The translations under genes were made by a program, and so were the position numbers. A stretch of DNA of 64,000 bases, from NCBI GenBank assembly GCA_028534125.1, contig CM052818.1, forward strand, positions 31,684,001 through 31,748,000. Reading direction: 5' to 3'. This DNA is from Lama glama. Lineage: Eukaryota. Under the pieces are notes generated by a model. It ran no database searches, had not been told where the DNA came from, and saw only the letters and a program-made list of their open reading frames with translations. Shown here one piece after another: positions 63,165 to 64,000 of this stretch; position 1 is the first letter of the stretch; each line of letters begins with the position of its first letter.

Positions 63165-63585
63165 TTCGGTGGTTCTCAGTCTCTGCACGGCATCATCCAG
63201 GAACTTTTTAAAAAAATAACCAGATCCAGCCCCACTGACTAAGAATTTCTGGTGTTGGAACCCTGGAATCTATTTTTAAAAAGCTCTTCAAGTATGTCTA
63301 ATGTAGCTGATCTGTAGAAAGGCATTTAGGAGCCACCACACCATCTAGTCTGTAACTGTGCATTCAGGAAGCTTATTAGAAACACAATTCTCTGAGGTGG
63401 GGCCCTGTACTGTTTTAACAAGCTCACCAGATATAGTGGTAACCAACTCATCCTGGTTTGCCTGGGACTTTTCTGGTTTTAGCACTGAAACTCTGATGTC
63501 CCAGGGCCTACCTCAGTCATGGGAACACTGGGATGGTTGGTTCCTTTATGAGGTAACTTTTTGCATGCTGAAGTTTGAGCGGCAC
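63165..63585. mobile_element. two MER5-like MITEs, the second interrupted by a MER94-like MITE (~63434-63548)
   Basis: GGTGGTTCTCAG...GGAATCTATTTTTAAAAAGCTCTTCAAG; GGTAACCAACTCATCCTGGTTTGCCTGGGACTTTTCTGGTTTTAGCACTGAAA. Confidence 0.72.
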
Positions 63586-64000
63586 CGGAAACAATTTATT
63601 TCCCAGTTAAGTAGATGGGAGCTAGAATGGAAGCACTTTGCTTGTGGACATGCAGTGAGTTAGTGGCAGACATAGGACAAGGCTTCCAGCCCAGCATCCT
63701 TACTGTTCTTGGAAATAGTTGTAAGTAGCTGCCTCACTTTTTCCTACTTTCCACTAGGAGCTAACCCTAGAGGAGCTTGTTATGGAGTGGCCATATTGGG
63801 GGTGAATAATTTGTATTCTGCACCCTAACTTGAGTGAGGAGTGCAACAATGATAGGTACAGGTGCCACCAGACTTTGATGAATTCTTCCAGGGCTTCTCT
63901 TGGCCCAGGTGGGGAAGGTGATTTACAATTTAATGTATTTGCATTTGACCATAATCCTCAGGATAGCAGCATTACTGAGACAGAGAATCCTTGAGAAGGG

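Overview
Mammalian genomic DNA, most likely camelid (alpaca or camel): it has a Vic-1-like tRNA-derived SINE at ~27.4 kb and a young L1 whose 3' UTR resembles camelid L1. I see no intact protein-coding gene, rRNA, tRNA or CRISPR array. Much of the window is old interspersed repeat (L2, MIR, MaLR/ERVL/ERV1 solo LTRs, hAT MITEs, a near-full-length Tigger1, several L1 fragments). Family names come from recalled consensus sequences, not a database search. The main non-repeat feature is a CpG island at ~13.0-14.2 kb with a GC box, a perfect 12-copy 9-bp tandem repeat (GGGTCTCGC) and strong splice donors facing in both directions. It looks like a promoter or first exon of an unidentified transcript, followed by ~50 kb of intron-like or intergenic DNA. 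Other notable structures: a probable decayed retrocopy (19.2-20.4 kb, minus), a patchy local inverted duplication (10.6-11.6 kb), a 25-bp inverted repeat pair 1.3 kb apart, a complex duplicated L1 junction (39.5-39.9 kb), a 69-bp tandem duplication, an orphan L1 5' UTR and a 500-N gap. I found no convincing new multi-gene system; the promoter repeat array is the best candidate for new biology.
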